Part shown: piece after piece, positions 21,004 through 30,138 of the stretch
Position numbering within the stretch: the first letter of the stretch is position 1
How the letters are laid out: every line of letters begins with the position of its first letter
Source of the DNA: an uncultured Gemmatimonadales bacterium
Lineage (GTDB): Bacteria; Gemmatimonadota; Gemmatimonadetes; Gemmatimonadales; Gemmatimonadaceae
Assembly (NCBI GenBank): GCA_963850905.1
Contig: CAWKMU010000003.1
Coordinates: forward strand, 2,816,001-2,880,000
Reading direction: 5' to 3'
Length of the DNA stretch: 64,000 nucleotides
Position numbers and translations under genes: made by a program
Notes under the pieces: model-generated
Seen by the model: only the letters and a program-made list of their open reading frames with translations
Database searches by the model: none
Told to the model about the DNA's origin: nothing

Positions 21004-23118
21004 ATGGACGCAGCGCAATACGCCGATCTCTTCCTGACCGAGAGTCGTGAGCACCTCTCGGCCATCAATCTCGCCCTACTCGATATCGAGCGTGGGCTGA
21101 CTGCCAACCCGCCCGCCGGTGACGCGGTCGCGGCGGGCTCCGGGTCCGAAGGCGGTGGAAGCAGCGAGGGCATCGCCGCCGCCGTGGCATCGCTGTTCCG
21201 GGCCGTTCACACCATCAAGGGAATGAGCGCGACGCTGCGCTACGACGCAGTGGCTGCTCTGTCGCACGAGCTCGAAGCCCTTCTCGACCGGCTGCGGCGT
21301 GGAGAGCTCGCGCCCGACGCGAACCTGATGAATATCCTGTTCGCTGCCGCGGATCTGCTCGAAGCATCGATCGAGCGAGCCGTGGCGGGCCAGCCAGATG
21401 ACGCGCGTCTCGAAGAAGTTGTTGGTCGCATTCGACGGGCGGCGGCCGCGCGGCACGAACCAGTGAACGGTCGCGCCGCGCCTGGGCGCAAGACGTCTCG
21501 TGCGAAGCGCGCGCCGCCCGCTCGTCGATCACGAGCGGGCGCCAGAGGTGCCTCGCGAGGAAAGGCCACGAGGCAGCGGGTGCGCCCCGCCGTGCCGCGA
21601 GACGATGCCGCAGGCGGAGCCGAGACGATCGTACGGGTCCACCTGGCCGCCGCAGCGACGTTCCGCGCGGCGCGGGCTGCCGTGGCCGTGCAACGCGCGC
21701 GGGCGCTGGGGGACGTGCTCGGCGTGAGCCCCGTGCTGGAGACCGTGCCAGCGGATGGTCCTGGGCCGGAGGTGATCGAGATCCGTCTGCGCACGCAGGC
21801 GAAGACGGCGGCCATCGTCGGGCAGATCGAGGGGGCAGGGGACGTCGCGCGCGTCGAGGTGCGTCGCGATCGAGTCCGCGGGGGTACGCGACCCGGCCGC
21901 CATTCCGGAGCCGCCCGGCACTCTGCCAACGGCAACGGCGACAGCGGCGCCGATGGCATCGCGCGAACGCGACACGTGCGAATCGATCTGCGACGGTTGG
22001 ACGCGCTCATGGACTTGATCGGCGAGTTGGTCATCGCACGTGGCCGCCTCGTCGAGCTCACGAGCACCGAGGAAGAGTCCGCGCTGAGCGAGGCGGTCGC
22101 CGATGCCAGTCGGTTGATCGGAGACCTGCAGCAGGAGATCATGACCTGCCGGATGGTGCCCGTCTGGCAGGTCTTCGATCGATTCCCTCGCCTGGTACGC
22201 GACACCGCCCAGGTGCTCGGGAAGCAGGTCAGTTTCGAAGTCGAGGGCAAGGACATCGAGCTCGATCGGTCGATGCTCGACGAGATCGGGGATCCGATAG
22301 TCCACCTGCTGCGGAATGCGTTGGATCATGGAATCGAGCTGCCGGACACGCGGGTTGCCGCCGGTAAGCCGCCTCAGGGCCACTTGACGCTGAGCGCTGC
22401 ACGCGACCGATCTGCCGTGCTGATCCGGGTCACGGACGATGGGCGTGGGATCGACCGAAACAAGGTGCTCGTACGTGCGCTCGAGTCTGGGCTCGTGGAC
22501 CCTGGGACGACCGCACTCAGTGACGACGAAGTGATCCGGCTGATCGCGCGCCCGGGCTTCACGACGGCCGAAGAGGTGACAGATGTGTCGGGTCGGGGCG
22601 TCGGCATTGACGCGGTCCAGGCCAGGGTTCGGGCGTTGGGTGGCTCCATCGACATCAAGAGTGCGGCCGGTGAGGGGACCACGGTGACCGCGCGGCTGCC
22701 GCTCACCCTTGCCATCATGCGGGCGCTGCTCGCCCGGGTCGGACGAGAGGCTTATGCCTTTCCCATGGCCCACGTCGACGAAACGGTTGGTACGGAAGGG
22801 GCAAACTATGCGGCCGTGCGCGGTCGCCCAGTGATCGTGATCCGAGGGGAGGCAATCCCCTTCGTGAGGTTGCGTGATCTGGTCGGACTCGAGCCGGCCT
22901 CGAGCCCGGTGCCGACCCCCGATCCCGAGCAGCATGTCATTGTCGTCGAGTCGGGTGGCCATCGGGCCGCAGTCGCGGTCGACGAGCTGATGGGGCAGGC
23001 CGACATCGTCGTGAAGCAGTACGACCATGTGCGCGGCGGTGCGGCGTTGTTCAGCGGAGCCACAGTCCTCGGGGACGGAGCACCCGCCTTGATCGTCAAT
23101 GTGAGCAGCCTTTTCTAG
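21004..23118 (+). CDS. cheA: Chemotaxis histidine kinase CheA
   Basis: HPt FRAVHTIKGMS, dimerisation VRIDLRRLDALMDLIGELVI, N-box HLLRNALDHGIE, DDGRGID, SGRGVG, LPLTLAI, P5 FSGATVLGDG. Confidence 0.96.
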   Translation: MDAAQYADLFLTESREHLSAINLALLDIERGLTANPPAGDAVAAGSGSEGGGSSEGIAAAVASLFRAVHTIKGMSATLRYDAVAALSHELEALLDRLRRGELAPDANLMNILFAAADLLEASIERAVAGQPDDARLEEVVGRIRRAAAARHEPVNGRAAPGRKTSRAKRAPPARRSRAGARGASRGKATRQRVRPAVPRDDAAGGAETIVRVHLAAAATFRAARAAVAVQRARALGDVLGVSPVLETVPADGPGPEVIEIRLRTQAKTAAIVGQIEGAGDVARVEVRRDRVRGGTRPGRHSGAARHSANGNGDSGADGIARTRHVRIDLRRLDALMDLIGELVIARGRLVELTSTEEESALSEAVADASRLIGDLQQEIMTCRMVPVWQVFDRFPRLVRDTAQVLGKQVSFEVEGKDIELDRSMLDEIGDPIVHLLRNALDHGIELPDTRVAAGKPPQGHLTLSAARDRSAVLIRVTDDGRGIDRNKVLVRALESGLVDPGTTALSDDEVIRLIARPGFTTAEEVTDVSGRGVGIDAVQARVRALGGSIDIKSAAGEGTTVTARLPLTLAIMRALLARVGREAYAFPMAHVDETVGTEGANYAAVRGRPVIVIRGEAIPFVRLRDLVGLEPASSPVPTPDPEQHVIVVESGGHRAAVAVDELMGQADIVVKQYDHVRGGAALFSGATVLGDGAPALIVNVSSLF

Positions 23119-23142
23119 GCCGACCCGCGGGAGCCGCTACGC

Positions 23143-23763
23143 ATGGATGACATTCGATCGCTGAAGGCGCACCAACTCGATGCCCTCCGGGAAGTTGCTA
23201 ACATCGGCGCGGGTCACGCGGCGACCGCCCTGTCGCAGATGACCGGCGGCACGATCATGATCAGCGTGCCGACGATCAACATCGCGCGCCTCGAGGACGT
23301 GCCGCCCCAGATCTCGGGCCCCGAAGAGCCGGTCGCGGCCGTGCTGATGAACATGCTCGGTGACCTGACCGGACGGACGTTGCTGGTATTCCCGCACCCG
23401 ACCGCGGTGCGACTGTCGGAGATCATGCTGAGCCGGCCGCGCGGGGGAGATTTCGAGCTGGGCGAGATCGAGCAGTCGGCGATCAAAGAGGCGGGCAACA
23501 TCCTGAGCGGCGCCTACCTCAACGCGCTCAGTGAGTTCATGGGCCTGATGCTCCTCCCGTCACCCCCGAGTCTCGCCGTGGATATGTCGAGCGCGGTGTT
23601 GACGACGGCGTACCTGCAGTTTGGGACGGATCGCGACTACGTGTTTTGCGTCGAGACGGAGTTCTTCATGCAGGAGCTGAAGGAGCGCTTGCGCGGCTTC
23701 TTCCTGCTGCTGCCTGACGTCGCCTCGCTCCACGCGATCCTGCGCGCCGTCCGCGTCGCCTGA
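23143..23763 (+). CDS. cheC: CheC-family CheY-P phosphatase
   Basis: Two ExxN motifs (LREVANIGAGHAATALS; IKEAGNIL), PSPP, FFLLLPD. Confidence 0.93.
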   Translation: MDDIRSLKAHQLDALREVANIGAGHAATALSQMTGGTIMISVPTINIARLEDVPPQISGPEEPVAAVLMNMLGDLTGRTLLVFPHPTAVRLSEIMLSRPRGGDFELGEIEQSAIKEAGNILSGAYLNALSEFMGLMLLPSPPSLAVDMSSAVLTTAYLQFGTDRDYVFCVETEFFMQELKERLRGFFLLLPDVASLHAILRAVRVA

Positions 23764-23784
23764 CGCGAGCGCGGGGGCGGTGGC

Positions 23785-26556
23785 GTGACCGCAACGCGTC
23801 CGAACAACCTGCTCTCTGAACGGGACCGCGAGGTCCTGCGGTCGTTCGCACGGCGCATCGATCCCTCGGACGCCGGCGCGCACAACAACCTCGGAGTCCT
23901 CTACTACCACAAGGGTCTGTACGAGGAGGCCGTCGCCGCGTTCACGCGAGCGCTCGAGCTGGACTCCAAGATGCGCGTGGCGCAGCGCAATCTGGAGATC
24001 GCGTACTTCAGCACCGGCTACTACGATCGTCGCGTCGCGACGCTGCGCGACCGTCTGCGTGCCGCGCCGGAGGACCGGGACGCCCGGTGGGAGTTGGGCC
24101 GCGCGTACAGCCTCCTTGGCCGGTTCGCCGAATCCACCGCTGAATTCGTCGAGCTACTCAAGCACCATCCCAACGATCTCGGCGCCCTCGTCCAGTTGGG
24201 CCTGGCCGAAAAATCGTCGGGTGACCTCGAGCAAGCCCAGACCTGGTTCGAGCGGGCACTCGCGTTGGATCCCGAAAGTCCCGTCATTCTCTTTTACATC
24301 GGCGAGGTCCTGTACAATCGTGGGTTGAACGACGAGGCGTTGGTCGCACTCGAACGCGCCATTGCGGCGCATCCTGACAACCCCGATGCGCACTACCTGA
24401 TGGGCTTCGTGCTGGGCGACATGGGTCGTCACGAGGACGCTCGTCAGGCAACCAAGCGCGCCGTGCAGCTCAACCCGGCGTTGTCGAGAGCGCAGACCAA
24501 TCTGTCGCTCGACGAGTCGGCCCTCGCCAAACCGGCACCCGCGTCCGAAGCGACGAATCGGCTGGCAGAAGCCGCGATGACCGTGGCCGACGAGGGCGCG
24601 CTCGCGCATTTCAACCTCGGACTCGCCTTTCGGCAAAAGGGCTATTACGCCGAAGCGTTGCATGAATACGAGCTCGCGCTCACACGCGGGGAGGAGCGGG
24701 GCCTCGTCCAACAGGCAATCGCCGAAGTGCACCTGCTCCGACGGGATGTCACCGGCGCCGTGGCGGGGTACGACCTGCTCCTCGTCGACCATCCGACGAG
24801 TCCGAAACTGTGGAACGAGCGCGGTGTGGCCCTCCACCAGGATGGCCGCTACGAAGAGGCCGCACACAGCTACCGGCGCGCCATCGACTGCGACGCGCAC
24901 TACGCGATCGCCCACAACAATCTCGGTGTGGCGCGCTATCACGCGGGTGAGCCGGATGCCGCGGCGGAATCATTCGGCGCTGCCTTGCAACTGGTGCCCG
25001 GGTTCGCGCACGCGCGGTTGAACCTCGCACTCCTGCACTTCAAGGCAAAAAGGCTCCCGGCGAGCTTGGAGTCGTACCGCCGGGTGCTGGCCGACGAGCC
25101 CGAAAATGCCGCGGGATGGAATGGAGTCGGGCTGGTCCTGACGGAGCTGCGTCGGTTCGACGAGGCGCGCAATGCTTTTGCGCGTGCGGTACAGAGCAAA
25201 CCCGGGTACGCGGAGGCCCGCTACAACCTGAGTTTTGCGCTGTCGAACCTCGGCGAGTTCGATGCGGCCCTTCGCGAGACGAAACGCGCGATTGAGCTCG
25301 ATCCCTACTACGTGCCGCAAAAATTCGAGCTGGCGATCGACTTCCAGTATGAGCATCCCGAGCTCTCGATCGTGCCGGATCTGGGGGGCGCCGCCCGCGC
25401 CGACGAGCATGCCATCGCCGATTTCGCGTTCGATCCGTCGCTCCTCGACTCGCTCTTCACCACGCTGACCCCGGCGGCTGGCGTCGAAGCGGTGCAGCCC
25501 CTCGGTCCCGACCCGTACGGCATTGCGCTCGACTACCTGTCGAAAGGGATGTACGAGCGGGCGACAGCCGAGGTCAGTCGCGCGCTGCTCCGCGGAGCCG
25601 ATCGCGCGAGCGGCATGACGATCCTCGGGGACTTGTTCCAGCGCCAGGGCCTCCATGGCGAGGCGTTGGATCGATACCGCGACGCGCGGCGGACGAATCC
25701 GGGTGCCGCTCGAGCGCTGGCCGGCGAAATTCGCGCGCTCGTCGCGCTCGGACGTGGCGCGGACGCTCGATCCGCCGCCGATGAGCTCCTGCACGTGGCC
25801 CCGAACGATACCGATGCACTGCTGGCCGTCGCGGCCGCACGGGCGAGTGGCGGAGATCCCACCGGCGCCCTCGCGTTGCTCGAGACCGCGAAGGGCCTCG
25901 CCCCAGAGCGGGCCGACGTGCTGCACGCTGTCGGTGATGTGAGCCGGGACGCCGGCGACACGGGGAACGCCGTCGCCGCTTATCGTGCCGCACTGGTCCT
26001 CGACCCCGAACGCGCGGTCATCCGTTACGAGTTGGCACGGCTGCTCGCCGCGACCGCCAACGTGGCTGAGGCGGAAGCAGAGCTCCTCGCGGCACTGGAA
26101 CAGGTCCCCACGTACGCACATGCCACGCTGGCACTGGCCGATCTGTGGCGCACCTCCGGTCGCACCGCCGAGGCGATCGACCTGCTGGTCGGGCTGCTCG
26201 AGCGCGACCGGTCGCACGTCGATGGGCTGTTGGTCTTGGGAGAACTGCTGTTCGATGCCGGGCGCCGGCGCGACGCCGCCCGCGTGTTTGCCAGGCTCCT
26301 CGTGGTCGATCCAGCGCATCCCGGCGCGCTGTATTACGGCGGCGCGCTCCTCGCGGATCAGCACCGCTATCGAGAGGCGATTGAGCGCTGGGATGCCGTG
26401 ATCGCCACGCAGCCGGACGGGCTGTTTGGCCAACGCGCGCGCCGGGATCGACGAACCGCGAGAGACCTCGCACACATCTTCGTGCGCCGCCAAGAGACGC
26501 AGGGCGGTGGGCTGGGCGCGGTGCAGGCGGAACTCGCGTTCGGGAGGGCCAGCTAG
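23785..26556 (+). CDS. Large cytoplasmic multi-TPR protein (923 aa)
   Basis: Many TPR units (AHNNLG..., AHFNLG..., ARYNLS...); no signal peptide; acidic non-TPR insert centrally. Confidence 0.9.
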   Translation: MTATRPNNLLSERDREVLRSFARRIDPSDAGAHNNLGVLYYHKGLYEEAVAAFTRALELDSKMRVAQRNLEIAYFSTGYYDRRVATLRDRLRAAPEDRDARWELGRAYSLLGRFAESTAEFVELLKHHPNDLGALVQLGLAEKSSGDLEQAQTWFERALALDPESPVILFYIGEVLYNRGLNDEALVALERAIAAHPDNPDAHYLMGFVLGDMGRHEDARQATKRAVQLNPALSRAQTNLSLDESALAKPAPASEATNRLAEAAMTVADEGALAHFNLGLAFRQKGYYAEALHEYELALTRGEERGLVQQAIAEVHLLRRDVTGAVAGYDLLLVDHPTSPKLWNERGVALHQDGRYEEAAHSYRRAIDCDAHYAIAHNNLGVARYHAGEPDAAAESFGAALQLVPGFAHARLNLALLHFKAKRLPASLESYRRVLADEPENAAGWNGVGLVLTELRRFDEARNAFARAVQSKPGYAEARYNLSFALSNLGEFDAALRETKRAIELDPYYVPQKFELAIDFQYEHPELSIVPDLGGAARADEHAIADFAFDPSLLDSLFTTLTPAAGVEAVQPLGPDPYGIALDYLSKGMYERATAEVSRALLRGADRASGMTILGDLFQRQGLHGEALDRYRDARRTNPGAARALAGEIRALVALGRGADARSAADELLHVAPNDTDALLAVAAARASGGDPTGALALLETAKGLAPERADVLHAVGDVSRDAGDTGNAVAAYRAALVLDPERAVIRYELARLLAATANVAEAEAELLAALEQVPTYAHATLALADLWRTSGRTAEAIDLLVGLLERDRSHVDGLLVLGELLFDAGRRRDAARVFARLLVVDPAHPGALYYGGALLADQHRYREAIERWDAVIATQPDGLFGQRARRDRRTARDLAHIFVRRQETQGGGLGAVQAELAFGRAS

Positions 26557-27710
26557 TGCCGATTGAAGGCGCCCTTCGCGAGCTGAGTATCCATGATGTG
26601 TTCCAGCTGCTGGACCTGAGCCGGAAGACGGGTGCGCTGCGGGTGACGTCGGAGCTGCGTGACAACGAGGGCATCGTGCTCTTCGATCGCGGGCGGATCG
26701 TCTCGGCGACGGTGCGCAGCAGCCCGCACCCGCTCGGCTCCATGCTCGTGCGGGCAGGCCGGATCAGTGAAGCAGAGCTCGCGCACGCGCACCAGCTGCA
26801 AGCGGAGGGCGACCCCCGGCGCCTCGGCGAGATCCTCTTGGCGATGGGCGCGATCGGCGCCCGAGAGCTGGAGCGCCAGGTGCGGCTTCAGATGGAGACC
26901 GTCGTCTTCGAGCTCATGTCGTGGCGGGACGGGTTCTTCTCCTTCGAGGAACGCGACGTCAGCGACGCCGTGGTGGAAGCCCCCGTCCATGTCTCGACGG
27001 AATCGCTCCTGATGGAAGGAGCTCGGCGCATTGACGAGTGGTCGCGCATGGCCGACCGCATCCCGACGCTCGATGTGGTGCCCGTCCTCGCCGCCGTACA
27101 GGAGGACCACGCCACGTTACTGGACTTGCTCCCCAGCGAATGGGAAGTGCTGGCGGCGATCGATGGGACGAGCGACCTCCGGGGAATCGCGGGCTCGCTC
27201 GGACGCAGCGAATTCAATGTGGCGAGAGTCGTCTACGGCTTGCTGTCGACCGGCGTGGTTGCGCTCGATCCTCGCGCCATGAACGGGCGGACCCCGACCG
27301 GCGTGCCGCTCGCGGCCGACCCGGAGTCCACGCTGGCAGCTGCGCGTCACGCACTGGCCGCAGGCGTTCCGGAGGAGGCGCTCCATGGCGCTCGTCAGAT
27401 CATTGGTCTCGATCCTTCCCGGGTCGAGGCCCGCCTTCTGGCGGCCCGTGCGCTGCGGCGACTCAGACGATTCGGGGATGCAGCGGAGGAGATCCGACGC
27501 GCGTTGGAGTTGGCTCCCGACCATCCTGGCCTGTGTCTCGAGCAAGGCTTCGCTGCATTGAGCCGCGGTGACTTCCACGGTGCCGCGACAAGCTGGGAGC
27601 GCTACCTCCGGCTCACGCCGGCCAGTGCGCCTGACGCGGACGGGGTGCGCGAGGCGGTGGCATCGGCATCCTACCTGCGCGGCTTCCTGGAGGCATATAC
27701 CGGTGGCTGA
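26556..27710 (+). CDS. DUF4388 (PATAN-like) protein with MshEN-like insert, probable wHTH-like segment and C-terminal TPRs
   Basis: IEGALRELSIHDVFQLL...KTGAL...GIVLFDRGRI; WRDGFFSFE; LLMEGARRIDEW; RLGEILLAMGAI. Confidence 0.85.
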   Translation: MPIEGALRELSIHDVFQLLDLSRKTGALRVTSELRDNEGIVLFDRGRIVSATVRSSPHPLGSMLVRAGRISEAELAHAHQLQAEGDPRRLGEILLAMGAIGARELERQVRLQMETVVFELMSWRDGFFSFEERDVSDAVVEAPVHVSTESLLMEGARRIDEWSRMADRIPTLDVVPVLAAVQEDHATLLDLLPSEWEVLAAIDGTSDLRGIAGSLGRSEFNVARVVYGLLSTGVVALDPRAMNGRTPTGVPLAADPESTLAAARHALAAGVPEEALHGARQIIGLDPSRVEARLLAARALRRLRRFGDAAEEIRRALELAPDHPGLCLEQGFAALSRGDFHGAATSWERYLRLTPASAPDADGVREAVASASYLRGFLEAYTGG

Positions 27711-28662
27711 CGACATCGAGCGTTGGAGCGAGGAGCTCGCCCGAGACCCGGGCAGCGGTGTGTTCATTCCTCTCGCGGATGCGCTGCGCCGTCGCGGGCA
27801 ACTCGATCTGGCCTTTCGCGTCGCGACCCGCGGATTGGCGCGACGGCCCTATGACGGAGATGCACACGACCTGCTCGCTCGCATCTGGGCGGATCGCGGC
27901 GATGGCGAACGCGCCATGGATGAGTGGGGCATCGCCCTGCAGTGTGCGCCGGCCCATGCCGGTGCGCTCAAGGGCATGGGCTTCGCGTGCTATCAAGCGG
28001 GTCGACTGGCCGATGCTGAGCGCTATCTCGTGGAGGCAGCCGCGATCGACCCCGACGACGTCAGCATTCGCACGGCACTCGCTCGCGTCCGTCACCTAGC
28101 ACCGCGGGTACAGCCGGCGGGAGCGGAGGGCGAGGTTCGCCGCAATGGCGCGGATCATCCTGTCCCGATCGCGTCGACCGAAGTCGCGCCCATGGCGCGG
28201 ATTGAGAAAGCAGCCAGCACGCTGGAGCGTCGCGCGCCCGGCCGCCGCATCGATCCCCGACTCGTTTTCGCGGAACAGCTCGATCCGGCTGATCAAGCGG
28301 CACTCCTGGTCGACGCGGACGGTCTCGTGCTGGCGGGGAGCTACGTCGTGGCCGATGGTCGGGATGTCGCGCAGGAGGTAGGTGCGGCGTTGAGCGGCGT
28401 GAGCGATGAGGCGCGGCGCGCGATGCGCCACCTCGGGCTCGGAGCGTGGAGCTCCCTGGTCTTCGAGGCGGAGGCCGCGACGGTCGGCATGGCCCCGGTC
28501 GCGGTTGGCGCCGCCGAGGCATCCGGTGATGCAACGGACGGTGTGGCATTCGTGGCGGCGGGCCCGTCGGTACCGCTTGGGCTGGTACGCCGGCTGTTGG
28601 CGCGCGTCGGTACGTGCGCCCAGGAATGGCTCAGACACGACGGCGCGGGAGCGGATCGATGA
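27703..28662 (+). CDS. TPR + Roadblock/LC7 domain protein
   Basis: N-terminal ARDPGSGVFIPLADALRRRG TPRs; C-terminal ALLVDADGLVLAG...GAALSG...LGLG...FEAE...VPLGLVR roadblock pattern. Confidence 0.8.
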   Translation: MADDIERWSEELARDPGSGVFIPLADALRRRGQLDLAFRVATRGLARRPYDGDAHDLLARIWADRGDGERAMDEWGIALQCAPAHAGALKGMGFACYQAGRLADAERYLVEAAAIDPDDVSIRTALARVRHLAPRVQPAGAEGEVRRNGADHPVPIASTEVAPMARIEKAASTLERRAPGRRIDPRLVFAEQLDPADQAALLVDADGLVLAGSYVVADGRDVAQEVGAALSGVSDEARRAMRHLGLGAWSSLVFEAEAATVGMAPVAVGAAEASGDATDGVAFVAAGPSVPLGLVRRLLARVGTCAQEWLRHDGAGADR

Positions 28663-29006
28663 GCTCTCCCTTCATCGATCTGCTGCTCGGGCTTGCGAGG
28701 CATCGGGGCGTGCAGGGCGGCCTAATCGTCAGCGAACGCGATGGAATTGTGGTGGACGCCCACGTCCAGATTGGCGTGCGCACGAGCGTCGTCGCGGCGC
28801 TGGCGGCGTCGATCTATCGCAGGGCACGACAGTCCGCTGGCGCCGCGGGGCTCGGCGCGGTGACGTACCTCGAGCTCGTCGCGGCGAGTGGGAGACTCTG
28901 TATGGCCGGGCGCGACGATCTGGTGATCGTCGTGATCACCGACGCTCGGGCAACGGCCGGTCTCCTGCGGACGGCTGTCCTTCGCGCCTGCGAGACGCTG
29001 GCGTGA
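28659..29006 (+). CDS. Stand-alone Roadblock/LC7 protein (MglB/MglC superfamily)
   Basis: GVQGGLIVSERDGIVV, VAALAAS, AGLG, TAGLLR; ATGA overlap with the upstream gene. Confidence 0.82.
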   Translation: MSSPFIDLLLGLARHRGVQGGLIVSERDGIVVDAHVQIGVRTSVVAALAASIYRRARQSAGAAGLGAVTYLELVAASGRLCMAGRDDLVIVVITDARATAGLLRTAVLRACETLA

Positions 29007-29473
29007 CGACGGCCGTCGTCGAGAAGTGGATTGAAGGCCCGCTGCGGCAATTCGTCGAGGATGCGCATGTGTTGCTCGCCCTCATCCTGACGCCAAGTGG
29101 CCAGGTCCTGGCGCAACACGGGTTCTCCCGGGCCGTCGACGTCATGTCGGCCTGCGCGCTCGCCGCGGCGATTCATGCGTCGGGCGGCGAGCTGGGTCGT
29201 CAATTACAGGGGCGGCCGTTTGGCGGGTTGCACCATTCCGGTACGGCGCGGCAGTTGTTCCTCGCGGCAGCCGAGACGCGGCGGGGTCTCTTGCTGTGCC
29301 TCACGGTGTTTGACGAGGCGACGTCGTTTGGCCTCGTGCAGCTGTACTTCGATGAGTTGCGGATGCACCTGGCTGACGCCGCGCCCGTATCAGAGACGCT
29401 GCCACCCGCCGTCCTGGCCGAGACCTTCGAGCAGGATCTCGACCGCAATCTCGCTCTCCTCTTTCGCCGATAA
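29003..29473 (+). CDS. mglB: MglB-like roadblock protein with C-terminal helix
   Basis: SGQVLAQHG, ALAAA...LGRQL...FGGLHHSG, VFDEATSFGLV (cf. MglB FDNRTSLGLV), acidic C-terminal helix FEQDLDRNLALLF; directly upstream of mglA. Confidence 0.78.
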   Translation: MTTAVVEKWIEGPLRQFVEDAHVLLALILTPSGQVLAQHGFSRAVDVMSACALAAAIHASGGELGRQLQGRPFGGLHHSGTARQLFLAAAETRRGLLLCLTVFDEATSFGLVQLYFDELRMHLADAAPVSETLPPAVLAETFEQDLDRNLALLFRR

Positions 29474-29477
29474 GCCC

Positions 29478-30125
29478 GTGCCGCTCGTCAACTACGCCAC
29501 GCGCGAGATCACGTGCAAGATCGTCTACTACGGCCCGGGGCGGTCGGGGAAGACGACCAACTTGCACTACATCTACGGCCAGGTTCCGACCGATCGCAAA
29601 GGGCGCATGGTATCGCTCGCGACCCAGACGGACCGCACGTTGTTCTTCGATTTTCTCCCCCTCGATCTCGGCACGATCTCTGGTTTCACGACCAAGATCC
29701 AACTCTATACTGTCCCGGGCCAGGTGTACTACCAGACGACACGCAAGCTCGTGCTCCAGGGCGCGGACGGCGTGGTGTTCGTGGCGGACAGTCAGGCGCG
29801 CCAGCTCGAGGAGAACATCGAAAGCCTGCAGGACTTGCACGCGAACCTGGCGGAGCACGGCATGGACGCGCGGGTCGTGCCGCTGGTGCTGCAGTACAAC
29901 AAGCAGAATCTCCCCGCTGACCTCATCCTCGACGTCGCGGCACTCGACGATGCGCTCAACTTTCGGAACGTGCCGTCGTTCCCGGCCGATGCGCTGCACG
30001 GACCGGGCGTATTCGAGACGCTGCGCGGCATTTCCGAGCTCGTCCTGAAACGATTGAGTGGTCCGGGCCGGCCCGTCGGAGCCGGTAGAAGCTCGTCACC
30101 GGCGGCCGCCGGCACGCGGCGCTAG
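29478..30125 (+). CDS. mglA: Small Ras-like GTPase MglA
   Basis: VNYATREITCKIVYYGPGRSGKTTNL, TDRTLFFDFLPL, LYTVPGQVYY, RKLVLQGADGVVFVADSQ. Confidence 0.95.
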   Translation: MPLVNYATREITCKIVYYGPGRSGKTTNLHYIYGQVPTDRKGRMVSLATQTDRTLFFDFLPLDLGTISGFTTKIQLYTVPGQVYYQTTRKLVLQGADGVVFVADSQARQLEENIESLQDLHANLAEHGMDARVVPLVLQYNKQNLPADLILDVAALDDALNFRNVPSFPADALHGPGVFETLRGISELVLKRLSGPGRPVGAGRSSSPAAAGTRR

Positions 30126-30138
30126 CGGAGGGACGTCG

